A stretch of 64,000 nucleotides of DNA from Azolla caroliniana. Its lineage: Eukaryota; Plantae; Polypodiophyta. The notes under the pieces are model-generated. The model had not been told where the DNA came from. It ran no database searches and saw nothing but the letters and a program-made list of their open reading frames with translations. This document shows, piece after piece, positions 63,886 to 64,000 of this stretch; within the stretch, counting starts at the first letter, position 1; every line of letters begins with the position of its first letter. The position numbers were made by a program, and so were the translations under genes. The DNA is taken from assembly GCA_043228905.1 (NCBI GenBank), contig JBHGNT010000005.1:11532001-11596000 (forward strand), read 5' to 3'.

Positions 63886-64000
63886 TGTTAAGAATTAGGT
63901 AAGTAATTAAGCAAGGGTTAATTAGTACCTAATTATGTGATTAGTTGATAAGTGGAAGATTAAGTGATATGTGTGTGTATGTGTGTGAGAGGAAGAGAGA
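63886..64000 (-). repeat. End of an LTR of the D family in opposite orientation, runs off the window
   Basis: TGTTAAGAATTAGG... is the reverse complement of 62540-62654. Confidence 0.88.

Overview
This is eukaryotic plant nuclear DNA, most likely from a non-seed land plant such as a fern or lycophyte. That assignment is inferred from the Tcn1-type chromodomain element and the retroelement lineages and is not proven. There is one intact host gene, an 8-exon ferroportin (FPN/IREG, SLC40) at 30424-35623 with a long low-complexity, His-containing N-terminal extension. It sits between two blocks of nested, mostly decayed LTR retrotransposons (1-20.5 kb and 37.2-64 kb). Smaller items are two 5'-truncated LINEs, a hAT-type MITE and two tandem arrays. 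Most notable observations: (1) a 51-bp TG...CA micro-element with 9-bp terminal inverted repeats and a 5-bp TSD inside a young Copia gag. (2) A divergent Ty3/gypsy family with a tRNA-Trp PBS, a D-H-G protease motif and a G_GAT_TTT + stem-loop -1 frameshift signal located after the protease. (3) An Athila/Tat-like element with a ~975-codon coiled-coil extra ORF that has its own TATA/splice-acceptor signals. (4) Several LTRs that start GG instead of TG. Coordinates were counted by hand and all family names are motif-based; no searches were run.
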